Positions 36,040 through 46,720 of a DNA stretch of 50,033 nt are shown piece by piece. How positions within the stretch are numbered: the stretch's first letter is position 1; each line of letters starts with the position of its first letter. A program made the translations under genes and the position numbers. The notes under the pieces were generated by a model that saw nothing but the letters and a program-made list of their open reading frames with translations, ran no database searches and was not told the DNA's origin. Where the stretch lies: positions 1 through 50,033 of the forward strand of contig LVLI01000272.1 of assembly GCA_001687465.1 (NCBI GenBank), read 5' to 3'. The stretch is from Halocafeteria seosinensis (taxonomy: Eukaryota).

Positions 36040-37649
36040 CAGGCTAAATTTTCCCGTAAAGATTTGTTGCCTGAACTACCTGCAATTTGTCTGGAAATTG
36101 GAACCAAAACCTGTAGTGTTTTCAAAGGGACATCGTATCGTCGATGTACGCTCCCCTTAAGAAATCGGTAGATACCGCAATTATCGTGGTTAATTCTTGA
36201 AGTTGGAAAGGAGCATTGGTTACTGAATCCACCGTTTCAAAGCAAACCGGATGCACTGATCATTTTTCATTGACACATATTTGGCGTAGAGTGATTAATC
36301 GAGTGGATTTGCGCTACTCCACCTTCAAAAGTCAGCATTTGAAGACAACTTATAGGATAAGTACAGTTCTGCGCACAGTAGGGTTGCGAACCCACTGGTT
36401 CCAAATCCGTGCCACCATCGGCAACTACGTCTTCATGGTGTGGCGGGTGATACGTCTTTCTCACTTCCGAAAATTCCAGAAACGCGTCAGTGCACCTCCT
36501 TCCCCCTCCAGCTGGCCATGCCGATTCTTGGAAACGCGCCGCCAAACCCATTCAATACTATTTCCAACAATTTCCGGTTCCACAGGTCAGATGAACAACA
36601 CACTAAAACGACAAAACTAAGCTGCAACACGACCCCCCAAGTCCAAAGCAGTACACATATGTGTATGTATAACAACGTAGCTGGGGAAGCATACGTACAT
36701 GTATGTATGTACATTCGGTCAGCTCATACTATCTTGTGTGCCACAGGTAAGCATAGTATACCCTCGGCAGCTGCAGCGGCTGATGGACGGAAAAAAGAAA
36801 ACCTATCCGTCGAACACTCGCGATCTTGGGGAGACTGGGTCTAGTCCGCCGGAAATGTGGAATTTCCCATAGACACCCATCCATAGGTATTGGTTCGTGG
36901 ATTTCATACATGTAGTTACCTTACAGACAGCATAGTCATTATCCCTATTATCCCTGTAGCGGTTCTAGTACACACTACCGTATAAGTACCATCTGTCTGT
37001 TACACCGGTAGCAGCAGACCTGACGTCACGTCAGATCTCGGCTCGAACAATTTGTTCTTCATCGCTTACTCTCTGTTAAGTCACCTTGGACACCAAGGTT
37101 TCCCAGTACATTCAAGGCGGCCTGAAACTTGAAGATGTACGTGTACAAAAGCTCATACGGACCCAGAGATAGCCCATGGTCATCGAAAAAAGGCGAAACG
37201 GTCTGACTCATGGCTGGTCTCACACGCCTTTTTCCGATAGAGGTAGCCCTTCACTTAGCAGTCTTTTCTATTCGTTCTATTTTGCAGTGATGTACAATGG
37301 TCCTACGCCAAAATGAATCACGCAAAGTTTGTCCTGTCGCGCGAGGTAAAGTTCCCCGTCGACGTCAAAGCAAAGCCTCTGAATACCCGGAAACGACGGT
37401 ACGTTTGGACTGAAAATTTTAAAGGGCCATTTAGTGTTCTAAACGTCTTTGTGGCATATTTCTCAGCGTAATATTGCACATTCGAAGGGGAATGAAGTAG
37501 ACATCTCCAACGTTGGGCCAATGAAAACTTTGTGGAAAGCGCTACTGTGTAGATGCAGTAGAACAGCCCACTCATTGCGGGTACGTCTCTCTTGACAATA
37601 GTCCGAGTAGAAGCACGATTGGTAGCTGTTTGCGTAGTTTTTTTCCTAA

Positions 37650-38551
37650 ATGCAGACCGATGACACAGAATCGACTAGCAGAAGGATTTCAGTTAAGAGA
37701 ACGTCGAAACAGTGTAAACCAATATCCGAGGATCGACTTCCCAAGGTCACAACGAGCAGCCGCGAAGAAGATATACGTCGAAGAGAAATAAGCATTGCTG
37801 GGCAATCGGTGCGGCTCTCGTTCTTGCTCCAATTGTTGAGCGAACGCTGGCACCTAGAGCGAAATTCAGCTGGGTCTGTTGTCTACTTTGCAGAGTCAAT
37901 CTCTCGACCTTGGTACGTTTAGTCATGACCGACATGATAGAGTTCGGCCACTTTTGATTTTAGACTTAGACGAAACATTAATACGGAGCTGCTTTGTGGT
38001 ATGCTTGAAGCGTTTCTTTGATATGGGACCTTGTTAGCTAACTTTGTATTCCATGTATGCAGCCCCAAATTTCATATGATACTTCCTTCACATTTTGCGA
38101 TAGAAGAATATGGACAGTATACACGAAGAAGCGACCATACTGTGATCAATTCTTGAAAGCTATGTCTCAAACTTTTGACTTGGTCGTTTTCACTGCATCT
38201 TGTGCAGCATATGCACTGCAAGTGGTCAGCTGGTTAGACCCGAATGGAGAATATATCAAACGGACGCTTCATCGATCTTCGTGCGTGATGGATCGTGGTA
38301 CTTTTGTGAAAGATTTAGCGAGGGCAGGATTCGACGTCAAATCGACAGTGATTGTGGATAACCGCTACAACAGCTTTTCTTTACAGCCAGAGAATGGAAT
38401 CAAATGCAAATCGTTCTATGGAGATCCAAACGACAATGAGCTGCTAACCTTACTAAATTGCTTATCAGGTATCAATACTCAGTCACACGATATTCGGTTG
38501 GAACTCAGTAATATCAGGAATGAGGCTAGCATTTGCGTTTCGGAAGAGTAG
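37650..38551 (+). CDS. SCP/CTDSP-like (FCP1/NIF HAD-family) phosphatase, copy 1; exons 37650-37808, 37894-37998, 38063-38551
   Basis: LILDLDETL, KRPYCDQFL, VVFTAS...YA, FVKDL and IVDN..SF.LQPENGI. Introns are frame-consistent. Confidence 0.9.
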
Positions 38552-39723
38552 ACAAAGGGCACTATTAGGTCTTCCAGAAAAGAGACAGGGAAGACCGTGC
38601 TTGAATACAAAGCATCATTTTCTGATGAGTGCCGTAGTGAGATTCCTGGGATTCAAATTCCTCTACCTAGTTGGGTCGTATCTTGCCCTTGTAGAAATTC
38701 CGTTCAACCTAGGTTAAATCGAATTATGTACAATTTGTACAACTGGATCTCAGCAACCGAAGTTAAGTATGCATTTTTCTATCTGATACATTTATACCTC
38801 GGGAATGCGGAGGACAGAGTACCAAGTTCCTCCTGTGTATTGCTCCTACTGGAAGACGTGTCTGTTACAGGCTACGCTACGCCGTGTGAGGGGTGAACCC
38901 TACCCGGATCCGGTGAATCATTCCGGTCCAACATCTTCACGTTGTGGCGCATCAACATGACTGACAGTTATCAGCTTGCGGAAGCTCCGCATCTCCCTTG
39001 CTCCCCAGCAGCGGGAGCCTGGTGCACTTCCTCCCGAGTCAGCGAAAGCGCCCACCCCACCAATACGATTCTATTACCTTGTCGGTACGTACATCCGACT
39101 TCATACGGGTATCAACGCCTCGTAGCAATGATATAGGAGTCATTCTGGCTCCATCATGTGCTGCAGCCTACAGCAGAGCGTTTCAAGTGTTAGAGTGCAT
39201 TGCAACTGCGGGTCTCCGGAGTTCTGTCGGCACCGACCAAGAACACCCAGTGTTCTCAATGTTCGTAGTGTTAATAGTGAGGGTGTAAGATAGATAGAAC
39301 ACAGTTAGACGAACAAAACAGTGCTACATGACAGTTGGGTCAAGTGCGCCCTTTGTTTGAGTGATAGAGGAGTCAAGAAGTTACGGAGCTGTGCTGTGGG
39401 AACCGAACCGAGCCGAGTTTAACCGCCGAGGGTACTTACACTTTTTAAACCGCGTTCTCGTTGCCCCTACCACCCATAGCAGGAGAGAATCTAGGATACA
39501 TTGCGAATCCAAGTTTTTGGAGAGGGGAAACAAGGCATAGCAATTGTTTAGGAGAGTCGAGTGCAAACTCCGGAGTTGGCCGCAGACAGGAAAAACCTTT
39601 TCAAAACATCCTTCGGAGAAGAAGGCAGAGGTGAGTACGGCAGTCTGTAAGTGTGTGCATTAGGATGAACTACGTGTGCCTTCTTCCAGCGAACCATATC
39701 ACTTCCGCACACAGACGCATTAG

Positions 39724-40897
39724 ATGGGACGCGGAACGAAGCGTCGAGTGCATCCTGCACCTCAGCAAGGAGGATACGCGCAACCGGTACGGCACCGCAC
39801 CTCTACCATTGGCAGCGTAATCGATGAGTATAAATTCCAATTCCCGTTCTCTGACATGCAGCATGACAAGTCGGTTGAACTAACTCGTTGTGACCACTTC
39901 CTGCGCTGTTTATTGTGCCGTCCTTCCATGCAGGTATTGTGCTAGCTATTTAGCTGTTGCCAGTGTCAGGTTATTCTGTCAAAACGCTCTCTTTCGCAGG
40001 TTCAATGTAATACAGTAGAAGTCAAGGGTGGCCCCCATATCCCGGGAAGGCACGATGTCAGAGGGGAAATCCCCAATTCCACGGCGACGGGTTGCGGTTC
40101 CGACGTAGAATCCAACGAAACGAAACAGACTGACGAAACAAAGAATCGAAGAAAATTCAGTCCTGATAGCATTTGTGCTCAATCCGTAAGTGTATGGACC
40201 GTTCCCTTCTTCCAGTAACAGGGTAAAGGAACGGAGCAATTGCAGAGTCAAGCTCTGATGGTTACTGGACCGGAGGAAGACCCAATCCAACGACCTGTTC
40301 TAGTGTTGGATTTAGACGAGACACTGCTTAGAAGTACTTTCAATGTAAGTGGAGAAACACGCAAAGAATTCTGTGCCACAAATGACTGTGATGGGTGGTA
40401 CCTTGCAGCGTCCGAAGTCTTACGATACAACACTCACTTTCGAGGATGGACCAGGTGGTTCCCTATCTACCGTCTACACGAAGAAAAGACCGTACCTCAA
40501 TCAGTTCTTAGAAGCTATGTCAGAGATATTCGATATAGTTGTCTTCACTGCAGCGCGGCCTGAGTATGCAACCCGTGCAGTAAAATGGATAGATCATGAC
40601 GCGAGGTACATCAGGCGGACGTTATACCGCGACATGTGCACTAAATATGGAGTCACCTATATAAAGGATCTGGAGAAGGTCGGTTTTGACATCCATTCGA
40701 CCTTGATAATTGACAACAGATACAATAGCTTCGGACTTCATCCGAAAAATGGTATCAAATGTAGCTCCTATTATGGGGACGACCATGACAGGGAGTTATT
40801 GCGCTTACAGCTGCTGCTATCGCGTGTAGACATGAAGTCAGGCGATCTTCGCGCGGCTGTAGACAACGCGAAGAAAGAGGCTCCTGAACCAATATAG
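39724..40897 (+). CDS. SCP/CTDSP-like phosphatase, copy 2 (additional upstream exon(s) likely)
   Basis: LVLDLDETL, KRPYLNQFL, VVFTAA...YA, YIKDL and IIDN..SFGLHPKNGI. Introns 40186-40245 and 40345-40408 are at the same positions as in copy 1. Another intron ends at 39999, and a GTGAGT donor at 39631 suggests a further exon. Confidence 0.88.
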
Positions 40898-40978
40898 AGT
40901 TGACAAACGATCCATTTTCCGCTATGATATAGAATACGGATCTGACGAATCTGGGCGGGAAGAGAGGTGACAAATGCG

Positions 40979-42649
40979 TTAAGGCAACTGCTGAACCACA
41001 GAAGAGCGGCCCTGGCACCATTCTTTGGCGGCCTCCTTCATCAAGGGGGAAGCGAACGCAATGTTTGACCATCCGGTAATTGGGTAGTATATCAGGATCC
41101 CATGTTCCATCAAGACCTGGATATACTGATTCAGTGGAACGGACTTAGAGTCCGCCTCCAATCGTCGTAGAATAGAATAGAGAGGCAGGCTATCGCTCGG
41201 GCTCTCCAACAGATTCCGGAAAAAAGCGGAGAGGATGCGATCTCCATCGGCATTATTGTATTTGTGAAGCGCATCATAAACGCAGCGGTCGAACAAAGAC
41301 TTTGCTTCGTTTTTAGCCTGCGTGCAGTACTGCTGTGCGGACACACCGCTACAGATTGCCTCTGCGGCGCGGCATAAATCCATTGGATTGTGATGTACTG
41401 TCCGTTCGAGCAAATCGATGGACTTTTCATCAAGTTTCTCTTTGCCGCATTTTTCTTTGAAAAATTTCCCCACTTTGCTTGTGTCCACTGCAGGGATACT
41501 AAGAACATGCGCACTTCTTTCACTTCCTCCCCGTGACAAGAGGTCAAAAGCAGATTGGCTGCCACTGCAGGAAAGGCAGACGTAGCAAACATCATCTTGT
41601 GCCCATTTGGCAGCTTTGTTTTGAATCATTCGTACAGCCTTCGGGCAATCGGCATCACTGCTGGCTCCGTAGATACCGTCGATATCGTCAATAAGCAGCA
41701 CGAGGCGCTCTTTCTGGTTTGAGTGTTCCCTCACATAGAGAGCGTACTTTTCGATATACTCAAGCACTTTTACTAAACGATCGTTTGGATCTGACGAATC
41801 TGTCTGAGATGCACCTGAAATATACCTTGCTTGTAATCCGGAAAGAACTGAATCGTCAAAAGAGAACCCCGAAGCGCGGCACAAAGCGTTGACGATTGAA
41901 GTCACCGATGTAGCTCCTTTCAGCGAGACTGATATAGCGGGTGTATGTGGCGTCTGACTCCGAACTTCTTCTAGCGCGTTATTTAGAAGCCATGATTTCC
42001 CTGAACCCCGTTCTCCCATAACAATAATGTACTTCATTGATGACTCTCCATTCATGAAGTGGTACAGCTTTTGAAACAGTTGTTCATGGAACACGAGTTT
42101 TTGGGCCGTCTGCTGTTTCTGCTTCTTGAACATTTCAAGGAGGAACGGATCCAGTAAGTTTCCCGTCTTCCGGGTAACACAGTCCATTCTCCGGATCTTG
42201 TATTTTTCAATCGCTTCGCTGAGATTTCTATCAACCGTATGAATGGCGTTAGCGAAATGACTTGAGGTGTTCTCACTCAGTATCGACACGCCAAAGAACG
42301 CAGCGCCAACCCATAAGTACCTGTGCTCACCTCAGAGACACACCGGTACTCGCAAACACACATACACCATAAGCAGAGTGGGATGAGTTACGTACCATTT
42401 AACCTGTTGTTTACGTTTGGCGTAGGCGAACCATTCAAACGCCTCTGGGGTCGACAGTCCAGCGCGTTCAAAGTCCTGTATCGTGGGTTTCTTGTTCGAC
42501 ATGAGTCTCAGTGCTTCTTCCGTAGGACGAGGCTTGCCCCCAGCCGTATTGACGGTCGTGGATGAGGCAGCACCCACCAGTGTAGGGTCTCCTAATGTCC
42601 CTTGGAGAGCCCGTCGCGCTGTCGAGTAGGCGTACTTCACAAACGCCAT
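40979..42649 (-). CDS. P-loop NTPase (AAA_16/ATPase_2-like) with an N-terminal putative targeting peptide and hydrophobic segment; exons 42649-42396 and 42320-40979
   Basis: Walker A GERGSGKS, Walker B LLIDDID, and a winged-helix-like C-terminus. Intron 42321-42395 joins VKW to YLWVGAAFFGVSIL. Confidence 0.8.
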
Positions 42650-42819
42650 TTTCTTTCCTATTCTAGAATTCAATCAGCCAGTAGACACAACCGCAGACTA
42701 ATAGACTAAGGGAATCAACAACCGTTTGGCCATGAATGAAGCAACATGACCTGGAACTTCAGGCTGGAAGGTTTTGGGGGGCAAGTTGAAGTTGAGGCGT
42801 CGTTCCAGGTGGCCTAAGG

Positions 42820-43395
42820 CAGGCCTGTGGCGCAATGACTATGTCGTCCGCCCGAGGTCTCTCGGGCCGGGCTCCGGTCCGCCCGAGGCTCGAGGGTCTT
42901 CGGGCTGCGGGCTGCTTCGGGCGGAGTCAACCCAGATATGATCCATCTATTACAGTTGTATTGGGTCTATATGTGATTCCACAACTGCATTCCCAGAAAC
43001 ATTGGCTTCGTTGGAACCCATTCACACCAGGAACACGGGAGACTGGGTAGTGCTAGCTGCAATTGGCTTAATTTAAGCGACCATGCTTAGCTAGGCCGCC
43101 TTGACTCCACTTCGTGAACGCCGATGGGCACTCTGCAAACGCCCCTACTTGCCTCAGTGAAGATGATATAGACAACAACCCGGAGAGAAGGATCAATATC
43201 CTTCAGCGATAGAAATAGAGTAAGTTACTAACAATAGAATGAGGAATGAAATGCGTCAAATCATGTTAGAAGTATGGAAGAAACTGTTTGTGAAGTTCGG
43301 CGCCCGTTCCGTCGCCCGGCGCCCGGGACCTTTCGGGCCGAGCGAAAAGCCATGCCCGCCCGATACCCCGCGGGCCGAGCTGCGCCACAGCCCTG
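42820..43395. mobile_element. Non-autonomous hAT/MITE-like element (576 bp)
   Basis: 15-bp TIRs CAGGCCTGTGGCGCA (42820-42834) and TGCGCCACAGCCCTG (43381-43395), 14/15 match. GC-rich subterminal clusters of GCCCG/CGGGC at both ends and an AT-rich non-coding interior. No matching 8-bp TSD. Confidence 0.7.
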
Positions 43396-43769
43396 CCCAC
43401 CACCACGAATTCCTGGTAGGACCCTCTTCAACCTGTTGGTTTCATCGGGAATTCGGCACTAACAGAGTTAAACGAGGAGTATATATTGTCGCTGTATTTT
43501 TGATGTTTGTAGAATGATACTTGAATTATTTTATTTCAGTATGCAGATTCATATTGGAGTTTGTTTGACGGAAATGCCTTCTTAATGCCACTGTAGCTGA
43601 TCTAAACCCTCCTGGCGGCAGTGTAGGCGCAATGTACCATGGGTAAAACAGAGGATTCGTATGCATTTGCAAGCTCTACGATGGACGTATTTGGCATGTA
43701 TGGGCGGTAAAGGTGCTGGCGGCACTGTGACGTAACGGTATAATGTACAGAAATGAACACAGACGAGGA

Positions 43770-46541
43770 TCGCACCATCGGTTGTTTAGGTGTGTCGTCC
43801 GGAAGTCGAGCAGCCCGGCCAGCACTTAGATTGAGACGAATCGGGCGACCTAAACTGCGAAGAGGTGCCGGGCCATGTAGCATCCATTCAGAACTAGGGA
43901 GAGGGGTCGAGTTCATGGGGATGCTCGTGTTTCGGTCAACAGGAAGGTTAAGCATCATTTCTGATTGTACTGGAGCAATGACATAGGGGAACGGATACCA
44001 GTAAGGGAGATGGACCAATGTGGCATCCGCTAGTGGATTTGCCCTTCGACGAGACAGCTCCGCAAGTGCGTCTGCCCTGCTGTTCTCCATTACACCAGAC
44101 GCAGAAGGGTCGCTCTGATGCGCTCGAATCCAAGTAATTTCGCATATGACTCCAGCCTCCATCAGGTAGTGGAGGAGTGCTCTATAGAAGCCACCAAGGG
44201 TATGTAACTGAGACCATTTGTGTGGCTTCTTCAGAATAATCTTCAGGCCCTGGTTGTCGGTTGTCAGATGACAGATTCGTTTATATTTAGACATCATTAG
44301 CCAGCCTCCTAGCGCTGCTCCCGCGATTTCGGCATACATGCTTGAAGGCGCCGCTGGCCATAATGACCCTGTCAATGTGGGAATTAGAGTGTAGTATGGT
44401 TCCAGCGTCTGAGTTGTGGGGTTTCGCACTATGGCGCCTCCGCCCAACAAGTATGAGTCCCCATCGTTTGTACAGGACCCATCAGTGTAAACCATGACAG
44501 GGTCCAGGTCTCCAGTTGCGCATAAGAATTCGGTGCGGGCTTTTTCCAATGTCTCTCGGTCGTTTCGCACTTGTAGCAAGGTCCATTCATTAATCAACAA
44601 CACACAATCACGTTTCCAGGAGGGAATGTGTAGCTCCGCAGAGTAACTCGAGCTCGACTGACGACTACGTCCGGGCCGGTAAGGTATGACCCCGCCACAT
44701 TTCACCACCTCATGGACTATGTCCCACTGGGTCGTGCTGGCCTCCAACCGATTCATTTCGCCATAGATGTCGAGCTCCCAGTGGTAGTTCAGCGGCGTCA
44801 CAGTCAACATGCTTGACCCGTTTATTTTGACAACAACTCCCAATTGAGGCCAAGTCGCGGCTTCTCCATTGAGGATCACTGTGGTTAATTGATATACCAC
44901 AAGCGAGCCATATTTTGGAGAAGTCGTCTGCGGCACGCGCATGAGCGGCAGAGAGTAAGAGGTCCATTCGTTCGGTTTGGTGTTCATTGGCAACTTCAGC
45001 ATGTTATTGACGAAACGGTTGCCCTGTCTCAGTTGCGCGTTGCCGGCATTCACCTGCCATCCATTGTAGCACAATTCGCTTCCCAAGGAGATACAATAAT
45101 TATCGTATTTCAACATCTTCTGTAGCCATCGCGTTGGATTGGTTTTCCGTACTAGTTCCGAGGCTTCCTGAACAGGTAACACGTGGTAAACCTCGGGTCG
45201 CGTCGGAATTTCATCACACAGCGGTACCACTTGCAGGTTTAGAAACGTAAGATATTCTCTGCATACTTTGATTAGCTGCATTGGTGCTTTGCGGTCGTTC
45301 ATAAAAGTGTTAACAGGAAATCTTAGAGGGTCCTCTCTAGTCTTCCAGCACAGTCTTTCATGCTGCAAAAGTTCATAAAACAGAGAGTTCCGCCACATAA
45401 GGATCTCCTTTTGGCGCATGCGAAACGACATGAGATCGCGACGTTCTCTACGCGCTTTGTTAATATGTCGTTCAGCTTCCTTACAAGACGTAGTGTCAGT
45501 GACCGCGCGAAAGAAGTGGTACAGGAATTCTTCGGCTCCTCGACGAGCAATGTCAACGACTCCTGCTCCTCCTGTCTTGGTAGCTGCATACATTACATCA
45601 TCAGCGATGCGAGTATCGAACATCCGCTTTAAGCAGTTCCTTATATAGTCCAAGTCGTGGATCCTCCAACAGGAAGATCCGCAGATGTAAAGTAGTTTGG
45701 GTATCACGACCATGTTGATCACCATCGTACGTAAGTGAGCTGAGCAGGTATTCGCCCGAAGTTGTTGTTCCAGTCTTTGTAAAATTTCCTTTACCTTTTG
45801 ACGCAATCCAGTTATGCTGCCATCCGGAGAATAGTGGAGACCAAGGTATCTAGAGGTACTTGCCCCGGTGATGGTCAGCAGCTGCTGTCCCCTGAATGTC
45901 ACTGCTGTCGTTTGTCCGCTCGGTCCGCGGAGAATCGACTTGGTAGGATTTACTTTCTGCATATTTAAAGCGAAGAAGTTATCACAAATGTTGAGTGAGA
46001 GCTGTGCATCCTCCACAGATGGATGATACGAAGTAACATCATCCGCATATGCCACACACGTGACCCTGTTAGAGTTTAACTGAATTCCGCTCAACGATTC
46101 ATCTAAAGCATACAAGAGCCCATCCATAGATAGCACATACAACACGCAGGAGAGAGGGCATCCTTGCCGAAGTGTCTCGTAAGGTATTTCTCCCAAGACC
46201 CGGTTGTGGTGAACCAGTAAGTTTGTTGCTCCGCTGCGCATATTTCTGATTAGTCGACAAAACGATGACGGTAATTTGAATCGGCTGCAGGAGATATCCA
46301 GCATATGGCCTCTGGTATGATCGTATGCTTTCGATACGTCTACTTCTAAGGAAAACGTTGGCTTCCCTGTAACCCTTCCGAATTCTTCTACTCCCATCTT
46401 CAGATGCAAGGCATCTTGAATGCGCTTTCCTTGCAAAAATCCAAAAGCTCCAGGAAAAACTAATTGATGTTTGCTGATTACACGCTGCAGGCGTTTGCTG
46501 ACCACAGCAGTAAGTATTTTCCAAATGCATTCCAAAAGGTT
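43770..46541 (-). mobile_element. Non-LTR retrotransposon fragment, copy 1: RT + RNase H, truncated at both ends
   Basis: Open frame with GFLQGK, EVDVSKAYD, LRQGCPLS, YADD and RYLG (RT), plus YTDGS / AEIAG / TTDNQ / RAH / RADALA (RNase H). It begins just after where the RPIxLL motif is expected. Homology to copy 2 stops at 43770. Confidence 0.93.
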
Positions 46542-46687
46542 GTGAAAATTGTGAAAATTTATGTCCGATGTAAGTTTACTAACTACATGGGACGAGGTGT
46601 TGCCACCTCTATCTATCTATAATTTAACTACGTGGCTGAGCCACATAGCATGATTTGCAGCCTTATTACGGGTCGCTGCAGTGATCG

Positions 46688-46720
46688 TTTAGGGTTAGGG
46701 TTAGTTAGTTAGTTAGTTAG
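46688..46720 (+). repeat. Interstitial telomeric repeats TTTAGGG-TTAGGG followed by (TTAG)5
   Basis: Sequence tttagggttagggttagttagttagttagttag. Confidence 0.85.

Noticed and set aside
37016..37038. Imperfect palindrome agacctgacgtcacgtcagatct containing TGACGTCA
   Set aside because: A single short instance. It could be a bZIP-type site but nothing else supports it.
43601..43611. ctaaaccct telomere-like word at the end of the RT ORF
   Set aside because: One unit only, expected by chance, and it lies outside the region homologous to copy 2.
43602..46535. RT as a possible DGR, retron, group II intron, telomerase or Penelope RT, including as the driver of LRR variation
   Set aside because: QGCPLS/YADD with downstream RNase H and a CCHC knuckle indicate a non-LTR retrotransposon. 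LRR variation is not adenine-specific and no template repeat is visible.
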